Source: Glycera tridactyla
Lineage: Eukaryota
Direction of reading: 5' to 3'
Length of the DNA stretch: 64,000 nt
NCBI GenBank assembly: GCA_965644265.1
Contig: OZ286468.1
Coordinates: 28,892,001-28,956,000, forward strand
The position numbers and the translations under genes were made by a program. How positions within the stretch are numbered: position 1 is the stretch's first letter; each line of letters starts with the position of its first letter. The notes beneath the pieces were generated by a model. The model had not been told where the DNA came from. It searched no databases and worked only from the letters and a program-made list of their open reading frames with translations. Of the stretch, positions 24,939 to 35,181 are shown in pieces.

Positions 24939-25514
24939 CAGAGCTGCATCCAGGCCGCGCCTTGGCAGGATTTACGCAAAAAAACAAACATTGGCACAAT
25001 TCGAATATGACTGCGCTTTTGTCGAATTATCTTCGCGATTTGACCAGTAAACTGCGTCACAAACCTGTATTACATCATGTTTAATCTGATAAAATCCGGT
25101 GATATGACTCGTGGCAGCCATAGCCCAAGGTGCGAAGATGACAGCGATTTGTCTTCTCAATTCTGATTGTCTCGTAGAAAGGTAACCGGTTGATCTCGGC
25201 CAATCAGCGCGCATTTCAAATGACTTCAAACTGCACAGTTTGCCGAATATCCGTGAGATGGCGAACATTCATCGAATGAAACGACTTTTCTCAGCGCAAC
25301 CCCATGTTCCGAGATGATAGTCGGTACTAATGGTGGGTTGGGTATAGACATCGTTTTGGCGGAAGAAATGTGTTCTGTGCCGATTTTGGCGTCATTAGAA
25401 ATTCGGTGTTTCTGTTGGCCCCCAATTTATCGGGATTGGCGCTATTTTTTCACAGATAGGGGGCCAATTAGCCCGAAATTGGCCCCACTTGATGAATTCC
25501 TGGATGCAGCTCTA
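24939..25514. mobile_element. Non-autonomous hAT-like MITE nested in the transposase intron
   Basis: TIR YAGAGCTGCATCCAGG (24939-24954 and 25499-25514); flanking GGGTGA at 24933-24938 and 25515-25520; CpG-rich interior; no coding capacity. Confidence 0.8.
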
Positions 25515-27852
25515 GGGTGAGGGTGTGGGGGTGGGTGTGGGTGAGGTGGTGTGGGTGTGGGGTGATCTGGGTGTAGGGTGAGGTGGTCTGGGTGTGGGGT
25601 GAGGTGGGTGTAGGGTGAGGTGGTGTGGGTGTGGGGTGATGTGGTGTGGGTGTGGGTGAGGTGGTGTGGGTCTGGGTGTGGGGTGAGGTGGTGTGGGTGT
25701 GGGGTGAACTGGGTGGTGTGGGTGTGGGTGAGGTGGTGGGGGTGTGGGTGAGGTGGTGTGGGTGTGGGGTGATGTGGTGTGGGTGTGGGGTGAGGTGGTG
25801 TGGGTGTGGGTGAGGTGGTGTGGGTGTGGGTGAGGTGGTGGGGGTGAGGTGGTGGGGGTGAGGGGGTGTGGGTGTGGGGTGAGGTGGGTGTGGGGTGAGG
25901 TGGGTGTGGGGTGAGGTGGTGTGGGTGTGGGGTGAGGTGGTGTGGGTGTCGGGTGAGGTGGTGTGGGGTGAGGTGGTGGGGGTGTGGGGTGAGGTGGGTG
26001 TGGGGTGAGGTGGTGTGGGTGTGGGTGAGGTGGTGGGGGTGAGGTGGTGTGGGTGTGGGGTGAGGGGGTGTGGGTGTGGGGTGAGGGGGTGTTGGTGTGG
26101 GGTGAGGTGGTGTGGGTCTGGGTGTGGGGTGAGGTGGTGTGGGTGTGGGTGAGGTGGTGTGGGGTGAGGGGGTGTGGGTGTGGGTGTGGGTGTGGGGTGA
26201 TCTGGGTGTAGGGTGAGGTGGTCTTGGTGTGGGGTGAGGTGGGTGTAGGGTGAGGTGGTGTGGGTGTGGGGTGATGTGGTGTGGGTGTGGGGTGAGGTGG
26301 TGTGGGTCTGGGTGTGGGGTGAGGTGGTGTGGGTGTGGGTGAGGTGGTGTGGGGTGAGGGGGTGTGGGTGTGGGTGTGGGTGTGGGGTGATCTGGGTGTA
26401 GGGTGAGGTGGTCTTGGTGTGGGGTGAGGTGGGTGTAGGGTGAGGTGGTGTGGGTGTGGGGTGATGTGGTGTGGGTGTGGGGTGAGGTGGGTGTGGGGTG
26501 AGGTGGTCTGGGTGTGGGTGAGGTGGTGGGGGTGAGGTGGTGTGGGTCTGGGTGTGGGGTGAGGTGGTGTGGGTGTGGGGTGAGGGGGTGTGGGTGTGGG
26601 GTGAGGTGGGTGTGGGGTGATCTGGGTGTAGGGTGAGGTGGTGTGGGTGTGGGGTGAGGTGGTGTGGGTGTCGGGTGAGGTGGTGTGGGTGTCGGGTGAG
26701 GTGGTGTGGGGTGAGGTGGTGGGGTGAGGTGGGTGTGGGGTGAGGTGGTGTGGGTGTGGGTGAGGTGGTGTGGGTGTGGGGTGAGGGGGTGTGGGTGTGG
26801 GGTGAGGGGGTGTTGGTGTGGGGTGAGGTGGTGTGGGTCTGGGTGTGGGGTGAGGTGGTGTGGGTGTGGGTGAGGTGGTGTGGGGTGAGGGGGTGTGGGT
26901 GTGGGTGTGGGGTGATCTGGGTGTAGGGTGAGGTGGTCTTGGTGTGGGGTGAGGTGGGTGTAGGGTGAGGTGGTGTGGGTGTGGGGTGATGTGGTGTGGG
27001 TGTGGGGTGAGGTGGTCTGGGTGTGGGTGAGGTGGTGTGGGTCTGGGTATGGGGTGAGGTGGTGTGGGTGTGGGGTGAACTGGGTGGTGTGGGTGTGGGT
27101 GAGGTGGTGGGGGTGTGGGTGAGGTGGTGTGGGTGTGGGGTGATGTGGTGTGGGTGTGGGGTGAGGTGGTGTGGGTGTGGGTGAGGTGGTGTGGGTGTGG
27201 GTGAGGTGGTGGGGGTGAGGTGGTGTGGGTGTGGGGGTGAGGTGGTGTGGGTGTGGGTGAGGTGGTGTGGGTGTGGGTGAGGTGGTGGGGGTGAGGTGGT
27301 GTGGGTGTGGGGTGATCTGGGTGTAGGGTGAGGTGGTGTGGGTGTGGGGTGATCTGGGTGTAGGGTGAGGTGGTGTGGGTGTGGGGTGATGTGGTGTGGG
27401 TGTGGGGTGAGGTGGTCTGGGTGTGGGTGAGGTGGTGTGGGTCTGGGTGTGGGGTGAGGTGGTGTGGGTGTGGGGTGAACTGGGTGGTGTGGGTGTGGGT
27501 GAGGTGGTGGGGGTGTGGGTGAGGTGGTGTGGGTGTGGGGTGATGTGGTGTGGGTGTGGGGTGAGGTGGTGTGGGTGTGGGTGAGGTGGTGTGGGTGTGG
27601 GTGAGGTGGTGGGGGTGAGGTGGTGTGGGTGTGGGGTGAGGTGGTCTGGGTGTGGGTGAGGTGGTGTGGGTCTGGGTGTGGGGTGAGGTGGTGTGGGTGT
27701 GGGGTGAACTGGGTGGTGTGGGTGTGGGTGAGGTGGTGGGGGTGAAGTGGTGTGGGTGTGGGGTGATCTGGGTGTAGGGTGAGGTGGTGTGGGTGTGGAG
27801 TGAGGGGGTGTGGGTGTGGGGTGAGGTGGTCTGGGTGTGGGGTGGGGTTGGG
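25515..27852 (+). repeat. G/T-rich satellite, 20/21-bp unit GGG(G)TGAGGTGGTGTGGGTGT, with higher-order duplications
   Basis: Plus strand almost only G/T; variant markers recur about 720 bp apart (GTCGGG 25948/26670, TGTTGG 26090/26811); GAACTGGG at about 25707, 27078, 27478 and 27707. Confidence 0.97.
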
Positions 27853-27923
27853 ATGACTGCCCACCACTTTCATTTTCACAAGAAGTCCTAAAACTTTGAT
27901 ACAAAAATGAAAAAAATAATTAC

Positions 27924-27993
27924 CTGTTGTGAAGAATGTAATGGACATCTGCTTGGATCGTCCATCATCAATTTTCCTTTTTTTGGGAGGCAT
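27924..27993 (-). CDS. hAT transposase exon 1
   Basis: MPPKKRKIDDGRSKQMSITFFTT plus one G (phase 1); NLS-like PKKRK; donor G|GTAATT at 27924/27923. Confidence 0.8.
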
Positions 27994-29092
27994 ACTGATG
28001 AGGAAAACTCAATCAAAACTGCTGACCTTGGTCCAACGAAGGCACGCTTGCGAGGTCGATCAGCTGTACTTCGTTCGTGATCGCCACTAGATGGCGACAT
28101 TTTATTGAGTTTGAATTTGAATTTGATGGCAATAAAAACAACAAAAACACAGTTGAAACTGCTGAAAATCATTTATTAAACATCCCGTTTCCCGACAAAC
28201 TTTTATCACGCGCGAATTCGTGAAAAAACGATTTATTAGAAGTGGAAATGGAGAATAATACCGATACGAAACTCGGCCACGAAACGATGCCATATCCAAG
28301 ATGGCGGCCGGTGAGTTTTCTCGGGCAAATGTCGCTTCAGCATCACGATTTCTCTCGAATATCCGATAATTATTACCACAAATAAACTTTCAGATTCCGT
28401 CATTCGTTCGCGCATCTTCTCGCGCACAACCTCGGACAATTTGCGCGTTTCGACGTGATTATCGGCACTATGCGCTTCGCGCTCAAAATGTCAGTCTCTG
28501 TATACCATAGCTGGTGTTCATGAGAAGTTAAACCAAAAACTATAAATAGGAAAACAAAGCAATCAACTGATCAGTGAACCAACCAAGTGTCACTTCAAAA
28601 GACTTCTTTGTGTGTTTTCTGTGAATTTCATAAATCACCTTCCATATATAATTGGATTTCCACTGGTGTGTACAGACGTGCTTCAAATACCACTGAGTAT
28701 CCAACAAGATAACCTCATATTTCAGTGAAGATCCGACAGGAAGCCGCCTGGGAGTTTTATAGTCTCTTGATTTAATTGATTAAGATCGTATTTCGTAAAC
28801 TGATCAACAAAAGTACGTGTCCTGTTGATCCCTTGAAATTCACCTGATGGTGACGCAGTCGTTGTTGGCTTCACCACCGGGTGTCAGTTATTGCAGCATG
28901 TGTCATCGAGTGACATCTTCCGTCTACTACCATCGCGCGGTAGTTATCACGCACGCTAGAAGAGGGCGATAATGATTCAGTGAAGCGCCACCTGTACAGC
29001 CATGCTCCTGGAGGTCGTGTCAGACAGCAACCAGTGGTGCAGCATGGTGGCGCTCGGCTCTACTCGCGTGTGACGTCATTATGTGGGGTAAC

Positions 29093-29205
29093 AAGTCGGC
29101 CTGGAGGTCCTTTTGGTCTTGGGGAGCATATATTGGTCTGTAAACTAGACAATCGTCAGCAAATAACCTCACTTGAGATGCAACATGCAGGGAGGGGGAG
29201 GTCAT
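29093..29205 (-). pseudogene. Small non-LTR reverse transcriptase fragment (CR1/L2-type)
   Basis: SQVRLFADDCLVYRPIYAPQDQKDLQADL. Confidence 0.8.
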
Positions 29206-30454
29206 AAATATGAACTAAAAAACACTTGAAACAGAATACCTATAAAACAAATATATTTATGTATAAAATATCCAAAGTGGCTATAGTAAACATGTTTGCA
29301 CACATCTGGATGATACCAACTGGCTGTTATATCAATATTTTCTGAGTATATCCTTGATGGGCCATTGATCCTGATAACCAACCTCTCTATCTCAGTAGTT
29401 CATCTAAGGGTATGTTCACTCAGAAAAACATGATGGTAGATTAGGGTGTATATCTGGGATGAATAATGCCAGTCCAGTGAAGGCCTTCTTGAGATGACTG
29501 TGTCCAAAGACTTGCTATTTGAACATTTTAAAATTTCCCCTCTTGAGTAACCAGACTTTGTTGGTTGCAGTCAGGTCTGACAGTAGATCTTCCATGGAAT
29601 TACAGTCCATCTATTGAAACATGCCATTTCTCCATTTTAAGATTTGAGAGTTTATTTGGCTTAAATAATTGCATACCCGAGATCATGTAATCATGAAGTG
29701 TTGTTATACAGTATTTTTATAGCACTGCGGAATCTGTTTAACCCTTTCATCCATGTAATCAGATACATCCTTTCACAGCTTGTGTTAGAATGCTGCAGTT
29801 GTGTAAAATATAGATTGAATATAGAAAATGATACATCTCTGTTATTTGCCATGAATATGCTGTAGGTGACATCATTCACCTAAACTCATGAAACACCTTT
29901 TTCCAATGTAGGTATTTCCTGATGTTACATATAGATTCATCAACCACAGACATTGTACGCAAGATGGTAAAGCATTGTTATATCATCATTGGTGCTGAAA
30001 TACCCACTGAATTGTGCATCTGCGGTTACAGCAGGCAACACTTCAGTGGATATTTGAACATATAATAAGCCAGAATGCTAAAGGTTATAGAGACGAACTG
30101 AAGATATGAAATGATACGGATCCACCCAGTGTAAACATGTGTCATGCTGATGCGTCCAAAGTGCTCCATCTGGTGACAAGCGATGCCAGCCAGATCAAGC
30201 AAAGGAGGAGGAGGAGGTGGAACAGCCTGACTAGAATGAGGAATTAATGGTATGAATTCCAGCCAGATCAAACAAAGGAGGAGGAGGAGGAGGAGATGGA
30301 GTTTTGTTTTACTTGGAAGGGCTCATACATATTCGACAGTATGGCGAAAGGGCACATGCACACTTGGGAGTCTGGATATCCCTACAGTCGTTTATACAGC
30401 TCAGCTGATCACTATCAGGACAGGAATGCAAATAATGCAATAAACAATGTCTGA

Positions 30455-31611
30455 CTTGATCGATAACTCCTGCAGGAAGTCCTTAATGATCACCTGCAGC
30501 AACATACGGAGGGTGTTGTCCCGACATCTCGAGAGGTAGGAGTACTTTAACAGTTCGTTCATTCTCTCAACACCATTGTTGGGTGTCACATTGAAGTTCT
30601 GGCTGTGGAATGCCCGAGCCCAATGCTGGATACATACATAAAAAATAATGTAACTTGAGAACATCTCAGGTATATTTTCTTTGAGAGGTAGGAGTACCTT
30701 GATAGCTCATTCATCCTCTCAACACCATGCCTTGATCGATAACTTCCCCAGGAAGTCCTCAATGATCACCTGCAGCAACATACGAAGGGTGTTGTCCCGA
30801 CATCTTGAGAGGTAGGAGTACTTCGATAGCTCATTCATCCTCTCAACACCATGTCTTGATCGATAACTCCCCCAGGAAGTCCTTAATGATCACCTGCAGC
30901 AACATACGAAGGTTGTTGTCCCGACATCTTGGGAGGTAGGAGTACTTCGATAGCTCATTCATCCTCTCAACACCATGTCTTGATCGATAACTCCCCCAGG
31001 AAGTCCTTAATGATCACCTGCAGCAACACACGAAGGGTGTTGTCCCGACATCTTGAGAGGTAGGAGTACTTTAACAGTTCGTTCATTCTCTCAACACCAT
31101 GTCTTACTTGATCCACAACTCCCGCAGGAAGTCCTTAATGATCACCTGCAGCAACATACGGAGGGTGTTGTCCCGACGTCTTGAGAGGTAGGAGTACTTC
31201 AACAGTTCGTTCATCCTCTCAACACCATGTCTTACTTGATCCATAACTCCCGCAGGAAGTCCTTAATGATCACCTGCAGCAACATACGGAGGGTGTTGTC
31301 CCGACATCTTGAGAGGTAGGAGTACTTTAACAGTTCGTTCATCTTCTCAACACCATGTCTTACTCGATCCACAACTCCCGCAGGAAGTCCTTAATGATCA
31401 CCTGCAGCAACATACGGAGGGTGTTGTCCCGACGTCTTGAGAGGTAGGAGTACTTTGACAGTTCATTCATCTCTCAACACCATGTCTTACTTGATCCATG
31501 ACTCCCGCAGGAAGTCCTTAATGACCACCTGCAGCAACACATGGAGGGTGTTTTCCAGACATCTTGAGAGGTAGGAGTACTTCCACAGTTCGTTCATCCT
31601 CTCAACACCAT
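30455..31611 (-). repeat. Array of about 8 copies of a 124-128 bp unit derived from a MULE exon
   Basis: Units start near 30455, 30731, 30855, 30979, 31107, 31235, 31363 and 31490; each reads GVERMNELLKYSYLSRCRDNTLRMLLQVIIKDFLREL on the minus strand. Confidence 0.9.
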
Positions 31612-32209
31612 TGTTGGGTGTCACATTGAAGTTCTGGCTGTGGAATGCCCGAGCCCAATGCTGGATACGTACATAAAAAATAATGTAACTTGAGAACATC
31701 TCAGGTAAATTTTCGTTGCCGACCAGTCAGACAATTCTTTCAGGCCCATGACACATCCATGTCCTCCAAATTTCACAAACCCCTCTGATGTGATGGATGA
31801 CAGGATTTTCCTGGGCCTGTACGTTTTTATGCTTAGATCATTGCAAAGTAATGTTGCAACTGTGCAAAATGGTGGCTGGCAGCCTACAGTTCTCTGTTCT
31901 AAGTCTAGATACATAATATACAGTGCCTGAATTTGCAATGACAGTGCTACTATTTATACAAATTTATGATGCTCCGACCTATTTCTGAATAAATACTGCT
32001 CTATTTTCAGAATCAAAAGTGGTCTCAAAAGTGGTATCTCACGGGTTCAGATGATAGGCAAATTGAGAATAGGCCACTGGGAAACGGTTTCTGAAAAAGA
32101 TAAATCCATCATCAAAAAATCTCTCAAAATCAGTGGTATGACATCCCAGATTGACCTTTAGCATACTTGTTCAGTGTAGATAAAATAACCACTTCTTGTT
32201 CAGTATAGA

Positions 32210-32272
32210 TGAGATATCCACTGAAGTGTTCACCTGCTGTAACAGAAGGTGAACACTTCAGTGGATATCTCA
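32210..32272. repeat. Perfect 26-bp inverted repeat (hairpin, 11-nt loop)
   Basis: TGAGATATCCACTGAAGTGTTCACCT - GCTGTAACAGA - AGGTGAACACTTCAGTGGATATCTCA. Confidence 0.95.
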
Positions 32273-32599
32273 GAAACAAATGATGATAGAAACATGATTT
32301 AACTTCTTTAATACATTGCCTATGGCCTATGAATCCAGATGTAACATCAGAAAATATCTACATTGGAAAAAAATGTTTTATGAGTTTGGACGATGGATAT
32401 CGCCCTCAAATATCACCCGCAGCATGCTAAAGGTTGATAAAATCCTAATCAAGGCATCATGTGAATATTACATCTGATTTGTCAAGGATGGCCCTACCTT
32501 AGCCTTGCCAAGCCACCTTTTCTCCAGCCACGTCCTCAGGGTCTTGTTGCTGCACCAGTATGAGCTTTTCTTCAGTGCAGTCAATGTTGCATCAAAACA

Positions 32600-32743
32600 A
32601 GTCAGAAATGACACCTGGAGTGTCTGTGAATTTCATAGAAGGAGGAGTCTTGAAGATCCCACCCATGCCCATTGCATGGGCGTCACAATATAGCCCAGAT
32701 GGTGCTGACGTGACGTTAAACCAGAACCAACCAACCAACTAAC
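32600..32743 (+). mobile_element. SINE family A, 5'-truncated insertion
   Basis: 13-bp TSD TTGCATCAAAACA (32587-32599 and 32744-32756); (CCAA)n tail; empty site in unit 2 near 35947-35960. Confidence 0.9.
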
Positions 32744-35181
32744 TTGCATCAAAACAGGCAGTCTCACGAGCCTTCGCAATATTCCTCAGGAGATTGAGGA
32801 CGTTGTCATGGCAGGACGGTGGCACACCACTTTGGGGTAGGAAATCGATCTCCAACATGCCTGCTCTCTGTGGAAGTCACAGATACAGTTCCCCATCTCG
32901 AAACAGACAGAAATCTTCCATACGATAAGTCCTGATAGAGGCAAGTGGACAGGACAGCTCCCAGTGTTAATCCTTTTGGAAATTTACTGAGGGCCAGCCA
33001 GAACAGAGGATACATTCAACATCTTGAATAATTATTTTACATCGTGTGCCAGCTGGTGTAGGTATATTTTAGACTATTTGCATTAATCATCACTATTTGT
33101 TAAATTACAAACAATGAATGAAACAAAATATCAGAGGCAAAATTTAGGCTCTCATTCACCAGCTTGCTTGCCCACTGGTATTGTTTCCTGCTTGAATTAG
33201 GAACAACAATGGCAGGGGCTAGGTGCATGTTGCTTTTATTTAAAAACCAGCTGTAGTAGAGAAATTATATATAAATATAATATATATATATATATTCAGT
33301 AGACGACACAAGACGTCAGCTGGCGCTGAAGGGGAAAACAAATATTCATGGATCATATAGTTATGAGAATACAAAAAATATCGATCATAATAGTCATGTG
33401 CAGCCAATGTGAGAGGAGAGAAAAATTATATGCAGATCCATAGTCCACAGAAAACAATACATTTATCAGAGCATAAATCATAATTTTTTTCACTGTACAC
33501 ACTACATATCACCATCAACATTTTGTTTTTTTGTAATCAATTCTTCAAGATTGACCAATGAGAATCATTGTTATCCCCTTTTTTCTCTCAAAACTCTGAT
33601 AATTGCAGTATGACCTCAGTAACCACACCAGAGAAACCACACAAAAGCAGGATACTACAGTCAAGCACATAATTGTACAGTCAGAACTATCACACCAGAA
33701 TTATACAAAGACTGAGCTCATGACAAGATGTCTTGATATCTTAAATAAAGAATAGTAGTATTACCCACCAGACATTTTATCGCTGCTCTGAAATAGAACA
33801 TAGTTACAACTTTTCCGAAACGAGTATGAAAGCTGGTCAGTTGGATTGATATTTTTTACTTTTGAAAGTTTATGGTCAGAAAAAATACATGAATACTGCT
33901 TATTCGGAGTTTTCACAGGTGTATGTAAAGGTTGACCTGTCTTGACTTCATTTCACAGTCCAGGAGGCAGGCTCCTCAAATCCGATGTCCTGTCAAGCAG
34001 TGATGTTTGAATTGTCACCAATGTGTCTCCCTCCCCTGGATTCCATAATAGGAGGTGAAGGAATTTATGAGAATGGTTATCAGGTGAAAACAGCTGGTAG
34101 CTCATATGACTGTGTTGGAAGGGGACTGAAAAAAATGTGTCATGGTACTAATGTCCCCTCTAGATGTAACACTAGACTTGTACACTAGAACAACTTTCCA
34201 CAATGAAGGACTGGATTTTAAAACTCACCAAGAAAAACAGATGAGATTGCTGTCATTTCTGCCTCACTGTAATCTGTCATGTAGGAATTTGGATTCCACT
34301 GGGCATTCCATCCCCGTAGCACCTCAAGAGCCTCCTCGATTGCTGGACCTGTTTCAAACTACCTGATGAACAGAGCAACAATGGTGTATTGCACATTCGT
34401 TGGCACGCACACAACGAACAATAGTAGAGCATATCGGGTGATACAGTAAGTTGCATCCAACAACACAACTTCATTTCCATATAGGTTGAGGATGTGTCTC
34501 TGCCACTTTGTCTGATAGACAAGCAGCATACCGGGAGGTGTATTGGCACATGGTTTGACCTCTTCACACCCATCACTGTCATCCATCTCCTGACTCTCTG
34601 GAATGATATGTGATGTCGTCTGTAAAAAATCTGATCCTCTGGACTCTCAAGTTTCCAAAGTGAAGGTCAAGAACCCTTCTGCCACTCGCGTTATGCAAGC
34701 AGGCATGCTGCAAAGGTACCTTATGTACCAGCTCAGAGATGCCTTGATAAAAGCTTCCATGTCGATGAAGGCCCGTGGACCCTGCTGTGAGACGGATGGT
34801 GAAGGTATCACTGGAATATTCGAGTTCCTCCACTTCCATTTGCCTAACTGAGTCGATGAATACAAGAGCCATATGTACATTGCTCTGATCGGAATCCATA
34901 ATGATCCTTCTTGGGAGCCAGTCCACAAGAAAGTGACGCAACCAGTAGGGCATAGGATCTAAAACCTGTGATCCATCCCTGATAATCCCTAGATGTGATT
35001 GACTCTAATAAAGCCCAAAATTGCTCTTAGTTTACAAGTCTTATCATTACAATAATTATAAGATCAGAGGCTGAATGATCAAAAATGACTAAAGACAGTA
35101 ATGTAATAACAAATTGAGGGAATGGAGCGCATTTTTTAAACTTTTATTCAGTCAAAGCAAATAAGTAATTGATATGTGAAT

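Larger units (their letters stand above)
20440..28500 (-). mobile_element. Complete hAT-superfamily DNA transposon (hAT5-like), 8061 bp
   Basis: Perfect 17-bp TIR CAGAGACTGACATTTTG (20440-20456; reverse complement 28484-28500); 5-bp TSD TATAC (20435-20439 and 28501-28505); repeated subterminal TGGGCA motifs at 20467-20548; encodes a transposase. Confidence 0.93.
30230..35181 (-). pseudogene. Mutator-like (MULE) transposase gene remnant, tandem unit 1 (multi-exon, decayed)
   Basis: Across frameshifts: WKLESPEDQIFYR, LLVYQTKWQRHILNLYGNEVVLLDATY (D1), WNPNSYMTDYSEAE (D2), RWLGK, WARAFHSQNFNVTPNNGVERMNELLKYSYL (E); exon-like blocks at about 34270-34930, 32490-32890 and 31490-31660. Confidence 0.8.

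Noticed and set aside
27888-27923. 36-nt mini-intron (GTAATT...TTTTAG) after transposase exon 1
   Set aside because: Very short, and it would lead into the satellite frame; the distal acceptor at 24860 yields the complete transposase
25442-27993. 820-aa and 841-aa His/Pro/Thr-rich ORFs as real genes
   Set aside because: They are the C/A-rich strand of the satellite, which cannot form stop codons; only the first 70 nt (transposase exon 1) are credible coding sequence
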